A DNA stretch of 26,848 bases from an uncultured Bdellovibrio sp. (lineage in GTDB: Bacteria; Bdellovibrionota; Bdellovibrionia; Bdellovibrionales; Bdellovibrionaceae), in NCBI GenBank assembly GCA_963932905.1, contig CAWVRN010000038.1, positions 1-26,848 of the forward strand, in the 5' to 3' direction. Shown in pieces: positions 17,109-25,585 of this stretch. How positions within the stretch are numbered: position 1 is the stretch's first letter; every line of letters starts with the position of its first letter. The notes under the pieces are model-generated. The model made no database searches. It saw only the letters and a list, made by a program, of their open reading frames with translations, and was not told the origin of the DNA. The position numbers were made by a program, and so were the translations under genes.

Positions 17109-17630
17109 ATGAAAATGAAAATGAATGTTGGAATTCACTCGTCCCACAACGTGGTGTATGTAAATCGATTAGATACGTTGCAAAAGGCCTATCACCTGAT
17201 GACCAAAATTTCGACTCGTCATCTGCCGGTAGTGGACGAGAGTGGAATGGTGATTGGGATGTTGTCCGATCGCGATATTATTCGCGCGATGAAAAAACCA
17301 ATCGGCAGCGATTGGTATGCGGTACCATCCAATCCTGAATTTAATCCAGATGAAATTGTACAAAATTATATGAGTTGGCCGATCGGAACGATTGATGAAG
17401 AAGCATCCCTGACTCAAGCTGCGCAGATAATGCTAGATAGAAAAATTTCTGCTTTGGCTGTGACACAAAAGGATCAAGTCATTGGAATTGTAACCACTGA
17501 AGACCTTTTAAAGGCATTCATCAATGACCATAAGACTTCTCTTAGCGATGTAAAAGATAGAATCGTTGGTGCCGTCTACCGATCACCAGTTGGAAGTATC
17601 ATTCAAAGTTTATCAAATGCAGGGATATAA
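17109..17630 (+). CDS. CBS-pair protein with C-terminal extension
   Basis: TRHLPVVD..GMLSDRDI, KISALAV..GIVTTEDLL; start ATG 17109 after AAGGA. Confidence 0.9.
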   Translation: MKMKMNVGIHSSHNVVYVNRLDTLQKAYHLMTKISTRHLPVVDESGMVIGMLSDRDIIRAMKKPIGSDWYAVPSNPEFNPDEIVQNYMSWPIGTIDEEASLTQAAQIMLDRKISALAVTQKDQVIGIVTTEDLLKAFINDHKTSLSDVKDRIVGAVYRSPVGSIIQSLSNAGI

Positions 17631-17650
17631 AAATTATGAAAGGAAAAAGT

Positions 17651-18049
17651 ATGTCAGATTATATTGTATGGTTGGATTCGGAAAAAGCTCATGTTTTTGA
17701 ACTTAATGCTGAATTGAAACAATCTAAATTACAGAAAGAAAATTTCGAACACCAAATTAAACATAAAAAAGGAAATCATGAACAGCACCTTAATGAAATT
17801 CTTTTTAAAAAGATCGCAGAACGCCTAACTGAAAGTAATAAAATATTACTGATGGGGCCCGGCCTAGCAAAAAATCAGTTTCGTGTTTACTTAGATGAAC
17901 ATCACACTCATTCTTTGGGTAAGCATGTGGTGGGTGTTGAAACATGCGATCATCCAACTGATAATCAAATATTGGCGATCGCGCGTAAGTTTTTTGCTCA
18001 TTATGATTTATTCAATGAACCAATTTTAGCAACTGGATCTAGGGATTAA
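17651..18049 (+). CDS. aeRF1/pelota middle-domain-like protein ('translational machinery protein' / baeRF-like)
   Basis: IVWLDSEKAHVF, ILLMGPGLAKNQF, VVGVETCDHPTDNQILAIARKFF; His-rich loop. Confidence 0.75.
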   Translation: MSDYIVWLDSEKAHVFELNAELKQSKLQKENFEHQIKHKKGNHEQHLNEILFKKIAERLTESNKILLMGPGLAKNQFRVYLDEHHTHSLGKHVVGVETCDHPTDNQILAIARKFFAHYDLFNEPILATGSRD

Positions 18050-18053
18050 AGCG

Positions 18054-18452
18054 ATGAAAAAAGCAGCTCCAAAAGTTCAGAAGTATATGACTCAGTCACC
18101 AAAAAGCATTGGCTATGATCGCCCACTGTCTCAAGCGATGGGTGTCATGAATGAAATGAGAGTGCGCCACTTGCCTGTGTTAAAAGAAGGTAAACTGATT
18201 GGGATTTTAACCGACCGGGATGTTAAACTCGTAGCTAGTTTCGAAGAAATCGATCCAGACAAAATTTTGGTGGAAGAAGCATGCACCTATGATCCGTATT
18301 GTGTTGCACCAACGACTGACCTAAATGAGGTCGTTGATCACATGGCCAGAAAAAAATATGGTTGTGCCGTAGTAATGGATAGCGGTAAGCTGGTCGGTAT
18401 CTTAACAGAAACGGATGTTTACAAAGCATTTGTCGATGTTCTTAATCATTAG
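18054..18452 (+). CDS. CBS-pair protein, paralog of 14180-14587
   Basis: VQKYMT..PK, VRHLPV..GILTDRDV, PDKI.VEEAC, GKLVGILTETD. Confidence 0.92.
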   Translation: MKKAAPKVQKYMTQSPKSIGYDRPLSQAMGVMNEMRVRHLPVLKEGKLIGILTDRDVKLVASFEEIDPDKILVEEACTYDPYCVAPTTDLNEVVDHMARKKYGCAVVMDSGKLVGILTETDVYKAFVDVLNH

Positions 18453-18677
18453 CTGTATAGACTTAAACGCCGTGGGTACTTCTACACGGTAGTTTCGATT
18501 AAATCGGACAATTTGTAGTAATGGCACCTATTGAATAGAGTTGCGAGGTCGATCTCGTTGACATTCTTTCCAAGAGTGCGGTTCAAATGGCTGAGACGCA
18601 TATGACCAAGCGGCGCACAAGAGGATTTGTTTTGGAAGCAAAAATTGAGGCCTCAATATTGAAAAGTTTAATCATTG

Positions 18678-19325
18678 ATGACTTATTCACTTAAAAAGTT
18701 GCTTGTGCTTGTTCATACAGTGACGCTGCTGTCGTTAATTTTGACATATGTCGAAAGTGCTACAGCAACTCAGAGTACATGTGTAGAGCTTTACCAGGCA
18801 CAAAAACAAGGGGCAAGAAATCCATTGTACTCATGGCTTAGCCAAAGAAAAGAGAGGCATCCTCGTCGGTGGAACACGATAACGCAAATAACAGTAAGTG
18901 GTAAAACTTATCACGAACTCACTAGTCTTGGAGATGGTGGCGAGGGAGAAGTTTATTTCGGCCAAAGCAATACGGGTCCAGCAGCAATTAAAGTCTTCCA
19001 CAGCCGGGAAAATTTTAAAAAAGCGAAAAAAGAATATAAAATCTATGCACGGTGGCTACCAAAGTTAATAACCGCTGATGAAGCTACACACACAATTGTC
19101 ATGGAATATAAAGAAGGTATAGATGTGTACACAATTGTAAAACATGGTGACGAGTTCGGCATCAGCGACAAACAAATAGAAAGTATAAAGCTGCGTTGGG
19201 AAAAATGGGCTGGAGAACAAAAGACTACACTTTTTCCTTTGTTTCGCCGACGTCCCACTTTTCTGTGGCAAAATGTAATTTACTCTTTTACTGAGGATCG
19301 ATTTTATTTGATAGATGCTTTTTAA
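18678..19325 (+). CDS. Exported minimal protein-kinase-fold protein
   Basis: Signal-peptide-like N-terminus; LGDGGEGEVY, AAIKVF, IVMEY, NVIY..YLIDAF at the C-terminus. Confidence 0.7.
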   Translation: MTYSLKKLLVLVHTVTLLSLILTYVESATATQSTCVELYQAQKQGARNPLYSWLSQRKERHPRRWNTITQITVSGKTYHELTSLGDGGEGEVYFGQSNTGPAAIKVFHSRENFKKAKKEYKIYARWLPKLITADEATHTIVMEYKEGIDVYTIVKHGDEFGISDKQIESIKLRWEKWAGEQKTTLFPLFRRRPTFLWQNVIYSFTEDRFYLIDAF

Positions 19326-19512
19326 CCCTACGTTAATTGGCACTGAACAATCTGCGCTTCTCAGCTTTTCCGACCAACCTTTACAAAGGTAATTCGAAAT
19401 TTCTCTCCTAATATCAAAGCGAAAGTTTAGCCATTGTTTCAACTGCAATCAGACGAAGTCGAAATCGCCTTGCGAGAAGTGTCAGGTCGATTTTAAGTTT
19501 ATACTCACTAGT

Positions 19513-20802
19513 TTAATTCTTTCTGCAGTCTTCAAAAAAAGCACGTTCTAAATTTTCCCGATCATCTGGATGGGCCAGTTCTGTAAGAGCTCGTGCTCGT
19601 TGATGAATTGACTTTCCGAACAGATTGACGGCGCCATATTCTGTTACGATATAGTGTACATGGGCACGTGTTGTAACGACCCCTGCGCCAGATTTTAAAC
19701 TAGAAACTATTCTTGATGTTCCATGTTTTGTTCTAGAACTTAATGCAATGATGGGTTTTCCTCCATTAGAAAGTGCGGAACCACGAATAAAGTCAATTTG
19801 TCCTCCGACTCCTGAAATCACTTTGTGTCCAATAGAATCAGCGCAGACCTGACCGGTTAGATCTACTTCTACGGCTGAATTAATTGAGACCACTTTGTCA
19901 TTCTTTGCAATAACGGTAGGGTTGTTCACATAGTTGGCTTCTAGTAGAATTATAGAAGGATTATTATCAACAAAATCAAATACGTTTTTGCTGCCCATTA
20001 CAAATGTAGAAACAGTTTTGCCTTGGTGAATCTTCTTTTTAGAATTGTTAACGACTCCACTTTTTAATAGCTTTAAAGCGCCATCTGACCACATTTCTGT
20101 GTGAATACCTAGGTCCACATGTCCGCTAAGGCATGATAGAACGGCGTCAGGAATAGTTCCGATTCCCATTTGCAAAGTAGATCCATTTTCAATAAGTTCC
20201 GCTGTGTTTTTGCCAATTTCAAGTTCAATGGATGATAATGCCTTGGGGTGCGATTCAAGCAAAGGTTCACTGTGTTCTACTAAAAAATCGATTTCATTAA
20301 TTGAAACCAGTGCATCTCCGAATGTTCTTGGCATTTGTGTATTCACCTGGGCAATTACAATTTTCGAATTAGCAATGGCTGATTTCACTACATCCACGCT
20401 GGTACCCAAAGAACAAAAACCATGTTTATCGGGTGGGGAGACTTGAATTAACGAAACGTCCAATGGAATGATTTTATTCTTGAATAGCGTTGGCATTTCA
20501 GAAAGAAAGCAGGGGATATAGTCAATGCGATCAAAATCTATATAGGGGCGAACATTAGATCCCACAAAAAGATTCATGACTTTAAAGTTAGCACTATATT
20601 GCGGTTTTAAATAATCCGCATCACCGTGAGTGTGCAGATGAACTAACATAACATTTGTCAGACGGTCTGCTTGGCTTACTAATTCTTTTATTAAGAAATT
20701 GGGGGTGGCGCAACCCCCGTGAATGAAAACATTCTGAAATGAATTGATATGGTTGATAGCGGATGAAGCAGAACATTGTTTGGGTTCTTTATAAGTACCC
20801 AT
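19513..20802 (-). CDS. Acetyl-CoA hydrolase/transferase family (4-hydroxybutyrate CoA-transferase-like)
   Basis: VSPPDKHGFCSLG, TLQMGIG, DLGIHTEM, EVDLTGQV, SGVGGQIDF, VTEYG. Confidence 0.93.
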   Translation of the reverse strand: MGTYKEPKQCSASSAINHINSFQNVFIHGGCATPNFLIKELVSQADRLTNVMLVHLHTHGDADYLKPQYSANFKVMNLFVGSNVRPYIDFDRIDYIPCFLSEMPTLFKNKIIPLDVSLIQVSPPDKHGFCSLGTSVDVVKSAIANSKIVIAQVNTQMPRTFGDALVSINEIDFLVEHSEPLLESHPKALSSIELEIGKNTAELIENGSTLQMGIGTIPDAVLSCLSGHVDLGIHTEMWSDGALKLLKSGVVNNSKKKIHQGKTVSTFVMGSKNVFDFVDNNPSIILLEANYVNNPTVIAKNDKVVSINSAVEVDLTGQVCADSIGHKVISGVGGQIDFIRGSALSNGGKPIIALSSRTKHGTSRIVSSLKSGAGVVTTRAHVHYIVTEYGAVNLFGKSIHQRARALTELAHPDDRENLERAFFEDCRKN

Positions 20803-21576
20803 TTATTGTGCTACCCATCCGCCATCAACCACAAGGGGATGGCCCGTGACGAACGATGATTGCTCAGAACACAACCATAGTACGGAAGACGCAACTTCTT
20901 CGGGCTGGCCAAGGCGGCCGATGGGTTCGCCATTTACAAATTGATTTCGTATTTGCGCTTCGCCATGGGTAAATCGGTCAATCATGGGGGTTGATATGAC
21001 GCCCGGACAAACTGCATTAATACGAATATTAGATTTGGCATATTCCAAAGCGGCGGTTTTGGTTAGTCCAATCACTGCGTGCTTGCTAGCTACATAGGCC
21101 GGGATTCCGGGAAAGCCAATTAGGCCAGCTATTGACGAGCAATTGACAATCGCTCCGCCACCTTGTTTTAGCATTCGAGGAATCTGATACTTCATACATA
21201 GCCATACGCTTTTCAAATTCACATCCATAACATGATTCCAATTATCTTCGCTGGTATCTGCCGTAAATGACTGAGTCCCTTCAATGCCTGCGTTATTAAA
21301 TGCATAATCAAGGGCCCCAAATTTATCGACGGTTTGTTGGATTGAATTTTTCACCTCTTCACGTTTAGACACATCGGCGTTAATAAAAAGGCCTGTTCCA
21401 CCTGCTTCGGTCATTATATGCAACGTTTTTAAGCCATCGTCGACATTAATATCAACCAGTGCCACGCGTGCCCCATAGCTAGCAAATGCCAGAGCTGTGG
21501 CGCGACCGATACCGGTAGCAGCACCTGATACGAATGCGACTTTGTTCTTAAAATTATAAGCAATTTGTGTGTTCAT
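20803..21576 (-). CDS. Classical SDR oxidoreductase
   Basis: [21 protein letters not shown]. Confidence 0.95.
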   Translation of the reverse strand: MNTQIAYNFKNKVAFVSGAATGIGRATALAFASYGARVALVDINVDDGLKTLHIMTEAGGTGLFINADVSKREEVKNSIQQTVDKFGALDYAFNNAGIEGTQSFTADTSEDNWNHVMDVNLKSVWLCMKYQIPRMLKQGGGAIVNCSSIAGLIGFPGIPAYVASKHAVIGLTKTAALEYAKSNIRINAVCPGVISTPMIDRFTHGEAQIRNQFVNGEPIGRLGQPEEVASSVLWLCSEQSSFVTGHPLVVDGGWVAQ

Positions 21577-21584
21577 TTTGTCCC

Positions 21585-21914
21585 CTATCTAAAAGACGGA
21601 AGTGTTTGAAGATTTAAATGTTGATTACCAAACTTTGGTAGCAGCAGGTAAAGAACACCATTTAGATAAATAGTTTTAATTCCTTTTCCACGAGGCACCG
21701 CCCGAAAAATAACTTCCTTGGTTCCAGAATTATCTTTTTGGCTTTCTATCAACAATTGCTTTTTTGTTGTCACGATTTGAGTTGCGATGGCTGGTATAGA
21801 AGGAATATCTACTGCCACCAAATAATGAGTATCAATTTCAGCTAATGAAAACAGTGCTGGATTTTTTTTTGATAAGTTTTTGAAATTGAATGTGGCTAAT
21901 CCTTTTTTACCCAT
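21585..21914 (-). CDS. Degenerate Hsp20/alpha-crystallin-like protein
   Basis: [13 protein letters not shown] and [16 protein letters not shown] match the sHSP beta3 and beta8-9 motifs; ATG 21914 after AGGAGG. Confidence 0.65.
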   Translation of the reverse strand: MGKKGLATFNFKNLSKKNPALFSLAEIDTHYLVAVDIPSIPAIATQIVTTKKQLLIESQKDNSGTKEVIFRAVPRGKGIKTIYLNGVLYLLLPKFGNQHLNLQTLPSFR

Positions 21915-21949
21915 TTTTCCTCCTAGTATTTTGATAAAAATTTTAAATT

Positions 21950-21964
21950 GCAATGTATAAGCCA
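21950..21964 (-). promoter_or_regulatory. sigma54 promoter
   Basis: Minus TGGCTT-ATACA-TTGC(A). Confidence 0.75.
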
Positions 21965-22016
21965 ATCGAAATATGCGGATAGTACCGACAGATAACATCT
22001 GATTGATCTAAGCTGA

Positions 22017-22048
22017 GTCATTCTGTCACGTGTGCTGGACGAAACGTC
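22017..22048. promoter_or_regulatory. Paired activator sites between divergent sigma54 promoters
   Basis: GTCATTCTGTC 22017-22027 and GACGAAACGTC 22038-22048, 21 bp apart. Confidence 0.65.
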
Positions 22049-22090
22049 TCAGTAATTGGATCTAAGCCTAGAATTTGAGGTACTTGCATA

Positions 22091-22105
22091 TGGCCTCTTG
22101 GATGC
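22091..22105 (+). promoter_or_regulatory. sigma54 promoter
   Basis: TGGCCT-CTTGG-ATGC. Confidence 0.65.
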
Positions 22106-22130
22106 TAGTTGTTACACGCAAGGGGGTATT

Positions 22131-22319
22131 GTGACACTTGATCAAGAAAAGAAAAACAAATTTAAGAACGGTTTTATAAAACGTTTACCACTTGCGATTT
22201 TAGGGATGATTCTTTTAACCGCTGGCTTAATCTTCGATAGATGGTGGTGGCAGGCAGGATTTGGATTCCTATTTGTTATAGCCATCGAGGCCTTGTTTTT
22301 ATATGTAGTTTTAGATTGA
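22131..22319 (+). CDS. Small two-TM membrane protein (62 aa)
   Basis: GTG 22131 after AGGGGG; basic N-terminus and two hydrophobic helices; has its own sigma54 motif. Confidence 0.65.
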   Translation: MTLDQEKKNKFKNGFIKRLPLAILGMILLTAGLIFDRWWWQAGFGFLFVIAIEALFLYVVLD

Positions 22320-22323
22320 GCCA

Positions 22324-22354
22324 GTTAATGCACCTTGCTGCAAGGTGCATTAAC
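22324..22354. terminator. Perfect palindrome between convergent genes, likely bidirectional terminator/stabiliser
   Basis: gttaatgcaccttg-ctg-caaggtgcattaac, 14-bp stem. Confidence 0.7.
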
Positions 22355-22360
22355 CGGTAT

Positions 22361-23401
22361 CTAAGAAATCTGTGAGGGCAGTACTAAATCCGAATCAGAG
22401 CTAAATCGTAATTTAGCTTGTTTTCTTCTTGCCGATTCTTTTTTGATATTTTTAGATAACTGCGGTTTGTGCATCACAAGTACAGGGCAAGGCGCATGTA
22501 GCAAGACGTCTCGCACTGTGCTTCCTAATATAGAGCCGGCAACTAATCCGCGTTCGCTGGTCATCGCAATTAGATTGGCATTTGTTGATTTGGCAGCGGA
22601 AATGATATCAAAACTTAAAAGTTTTCGTTGCCGTTGAATTAGAGGTACTGCTTTTACACCTAATTCAGATAAATATTCGACCCATTTAGCACCTCGGTTA
22701 TGTCGTTGATCCTCTGTCGTTTTTTCAAGAGACGGTAAATCAAGGGTCGGTGCGTATCCAAAATACAAAGGTGAATATAACGACATATCCGTCCTTTCAA
22801 CCTGATTGAAAATTTGAACTTTGGCGTGATAATTTTTTATTAATGACGCCAAGATCGTCAGGGCCTTTCTTGAATCACTACTGAAGTTAGTCGGGAAAAG
22901 AATAGTATTCAATCGTGCTTTAGTTTTCACTTTGTCATTGATAAGCAGAACGGGAATTCGGGAAACAGCAATCAGTGTTTCGGCAAAGCCTCCCAGTCTT
23001 AGCGGATTCCATGATTGTTTAGCATGAGTATTTGCAAAAATCATCAACGCGTTCGATTGTTTTGAAAAAGTCGACAGATCCAATGCCATTTGACGATTTG
23101 ACGCTTTTTCTGAAAAAACAATTTTTGGTTTTAAAAATCCTTTGGCCTTGGCTTTTTTCAAATAATTCTCTGCTGCGGAGTAGGCCGCTTTGGGAAAATC
23201 TCCATTAATCGACGATGCGATCTCTAAAGGATATTTTAAAAGTGAAGTGGACACGATCGCAACTGGTTGTACATCGCAATCGAGATGCTTTGCCCAAGAT
23301 TTTAGTTCGGCAATAATGTGTTTTGCTAATTTGGGATTCTGGAATGGGTCAACGGCCCAATGAATTTGGGCTCGTTTTTCAATTTTTGAAGTTGGATTCA
23401 T
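22361..23401 (-). CDS. Tandem-domain universal stress protein
   Basis: LGGFAETLIAVSRIPVLLI, ILFPTNFS, NLIAMTS..ILGSTVRDVLLHAPCPVLVM. Confidence 0.92.
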   Translation of the reverse strand: MNPTSKIEKRAQIHWAVDPFQNPKLAKHIIAELKSWAKHLDCDVQPVAIVSTSLLKYPLEIASSINGDFPKAAYSAAENYLKKAKAKGFLKPKIVFSEKASNRQMALDLSTFSKQSNALMIFANTHAKQSWNPLRLGGFAETLIAVSRIPVLLINDKVKTKARLNTILFPTNFSSDSRKALTILASLIKNYHAKVQIFNQVERTDMSLYSPLYFGYAPTLDLPSLEKTTEDQRHNRGAKWVEYLSELGVKAVPLIQRQRKLLSFDIISAAKSTNANLIAMTSERGLVAGSILGSTVRDVLLHAPCPVLVMHKPQLSKNIKKESARRKQAKLRFSSDSDLVLPSQIS

Positions 23402-23428
23402 ATTTACTCCGATATTTTGAAGTGCATG

Positions 23429-23905
23429 TTATTGAACTTTGACTTCTTTTGCTTTGGTGGCTTCTGTTTTTGGCGCCACGATCGTCAATACACCGGCCTC
23501 ATAGTGAGCTTGGACTTGATTTTCATTAATGGCCTGAGGTAATGAAAACGATCTCATAAACGATCCATAGTACGTTTCATTGAGTGTATGCTTTGCGTCC
23601 GATTCATCGCGTTTATCTTTGCGTTCACCGCTGATAGTAATTTGATTTGCCTCGACTTCAATTTTAATGTCTTCTTTTTTGATCCCTGGGACGTCGATTT
23701 GAAAACTGTATTCTTTTTTGTTTTCCTTAATGCTGCAAGCGGGAACGAAAGCCGCATCTAAGTTTTCGGGCATTAAAGCAAGATCAAATGGATTTTGACG
23801 AAACCAACGGTCCATACCGCTTTCGAAATCATTAAATGATTTTAGCGGACTAAAAAAGCGATTACGTTGGCTTGGCAATGTCATTTTTGAAACTAAATTT
23901 TTCAT
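23429..23905 (-). CDS. Hsp20/alpha-crystallin small heat shock protein
   Basis: DVPGIKKEDIKI, ISGERK, YGSFMRSFSLP, AHYEAGVLTIVAPK, C-terminal VKV; start ATG 23905 after AAGGAG. Confidence 0.95.
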   Translation of the reverse strand: MKNLVSKMTLPSQRNRFFSPLKSFNDFESGMDRWFRQNPFDLALMPENLDAAFVPACSIKENKKEYSFQIDVPGIKKEDIKIEVEANQITISGERKDKRDESDAKHTLNETYYGSFMRSFSLPQAINENQVQAHYEAGVLTIVAPKTEATKAKEVKVQ

Positions 23906-23959
23906 ACATACTCCTTTGTGTGAACGTGTTCGTTCTGGTTGGTTGTATGGAAAAAGAAA

Positions 23960-23974
23960 GCAATAGTAAGGCCA
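23960..23974 (-). promoter_or_regulatory. sigma54 promoter for the Hsp20-USP operon
   Basis: Minus TGGCCT-TACTA-TTGC(T). Confidence 0.75.
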
Positions 23975-24016
23975 GGTTTCTATCTGCGATAGAATTAACA
24001 AGAAGAAAATTGACAA

Positions 24017-24048
24017 GACAACTCGACTCAGGACATTGACAATCTGTC
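24017..24048. promoter_or_regulatory. Paired activator sites
   Basis: GACAACTCGAC 24017-24027 and GACAATCTGTC 24038-24048, 21 bp apart. Confidence 0.7.
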
Positions 24049-24448
24049 ATGATTTTTCTGATTTTAGCCTATTAAGATCGACTTCCACTTTTTTAACTTC
24101 GATTTCTAAAGCAGAAATTTCGGGAGCAATCAAAGCGGTGACTAGAAAAGCCATATAGGACCAGACAAATAAAGTTCCAAATAGCATCATCGAAATTACG
24201 GTAAGTTTGCCTCCGATGGTTTGGGGCGCATAAGTATTATATCCGATTGAAGTTGTTAAGCTTGTGCTCCATAGTAAACAGTCTAGGTAGTCTAATTTAT
24301 TTGGAATTATTGGGGACTCGAAATGATATATCAAAAGGCTGCCTAATAATATGACTAAATTTCCAAGAAAGGTGAGTATCCAAAATAGTGGAGTTTTAAA
24401 AAGCGCCTTTATTCGAATTTTGTAGTTGTAATGTCTAAATCGATTCAT
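24047..24448 (-). CDS. 2-TM potassium-channel-family pore protein with a non-canonical filter
   Basis: TM1 - YLDCLLWSTSLTTSIGYNTYAPQTIGGK - TM2 - short coiled coil (KcsA-like layout). Confidence 0.8.
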   Translation of the reverse strand: MNRFRHYNYKIRIKALFKTPLFWILTFLGNLVILLGSLLIYHFESPIIPNKLDYLDCLLWSTSLTTSIGYNTYAPQTIGGKLTVISMMLFGTLFVWSYMAFLVTALIAPEISALEIEVKKVEVDLNRLKSEKS

Positions 24449-24474
24449 TGATTTTTAGCCAGCAAATAAGATGC

Positions 24475-25413
24475 CTATTCTATTTTTTGAATTTTAACTT
24501 TTTGATACATTTTAGATATTTCATTTCTGCTTCCTAAGTTCATACCGGGTTCAAATAAGGTGGCTGCGGCGGCGGCAAGTCCTCGTTTTAATACTTGCGA
24601 TTCGTCCACATAGTTTTTATTTAGCTCGTAAACCATAGCTCCTACCAAGGAATCGCCGGCACCAACCGTCGATTTTATTTTTATGTTAGGAACCTTGCCA
24701 AAATAGATATTTTTTTGTCCAACTAAAAGTGTGCCTCCTTCCACAGAGGAAACGCAGATATATTGAACGTCATTTAAATATCTTTTAGCTTTTTCAATTA
24801 CAGAACCTATCGATTTAACGTGTGAACCAGTGAATTCTTGAAACTCTTCTAAATTAGGTTTGATAAGAAAAGGTTTTGCCTGAATCACGGCTCTTAATAT
24901 TTCCCCGGGACAATCTACAACTGCTTTTATATTTTTTCTATGAGAAATTTTTAAAAGGTATACAATGTCTTTAGATGTAAAACCATTTGGAAGAGAACCT
25001 CCCAGTAACAAAAATGATATATTTTTTTGAGCCTCGTACAAACGAAACAATTTACTTTTTTCAGAGGCAGAAACTTTAGGCCCAGGGAAACTTAGACGGG
25101 TCTGGTTGTGATTTAACTCGTTGCCGACTGTGACATTGATCCGTGAAGGGCGTTTGATTTGAATAAATTCAGTATTAAGATTTTCTTTTTTCATCAAAAA
25201 ATTAATCTCGTCGCCTGTGCTGCCGCCCAGAAATCCAGACAGGACCACGGTCGCCTTAAGACGACTTAAAATTCTTGCTGAATTAATTGAGTTTCCTCCT
25301 GGTGATCTAACAGCGTTGTATACATAAGATTTTTCATTCGGTTTCAGGTCTTTGACAAATCCACTAAGATCCAGTGCTGGGTTGGGAGTGATGGTAAATA
25401 TTTTTTTCTTCAT
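24475..25413 (-). CDS. pfkB: 1-phosphofructokinase/PfkB family hexose kinase
   Basis: TITPNPALD, PGGNSIN.AR, GGSLP, LIKPNLEE, STVGAGDS. Confidence 0.92.
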   Translation of the reverse strand: MKKKIFTITPNPALDLSGFVKDLKPNEKSYVYNAVRSPGGNSINSARILSRLKATVVLSGFLGGSTGDEINFLMKKENLNTEFIQIKRPSRINVTVGNELNHNQTRLSFPGPKVSASEKSKLFRLYEAQKNISFLLLGGSLPNGFTSKDIVYLLKISHRKNIKAVVDCPGEILRAVIQAKPFLIKPNLEEFQEFTGSHVKSIGSVIEKAKRYLNDVQYICVSSVEGGTLLVGQKNIYFGKVPNIKIKSTVGAGDSLVGAMVYELNKNYVDESQVLKRGLAAAAATLFEPGMNLGSRNEISKMYQKVKIQKIE

Positions 25414-25481
25414 AAATTTCTCTACTTTTTACATTCAGAGTAATCCTTTTTCTTAATAGATCAATATGAGAAAATCATTGA

Positions 25482-25522
25482 GTCGAATTGTCTCGTAAAA
25501 TTGAATTTTTTGACAACTTGTC
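25482..25522. promoter_or_regulatory. Paired activator sites
   Basis: GTCGAATTGTC 25482-25492 and GACAACTTGTC 25512-25522, 30 bp apart. Confidence 0.7.
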
Positions 25523-25585
25523 TTTTTTTCTTGGTTAGTTTTCTCGTTTTGATACCTTGGGTGCTTTCATATTTGTTTTTACATT

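Noticed and set aside
18500..18662. Regulon-type promoter for the kinase-like gene (AGGCCT-CAATA-TTGA at 18648; GACAATTTGTA at 18507)
   Set aside because: It deviates at both ends of the motif, would leave almost no leader, and has no phased pair of sites.
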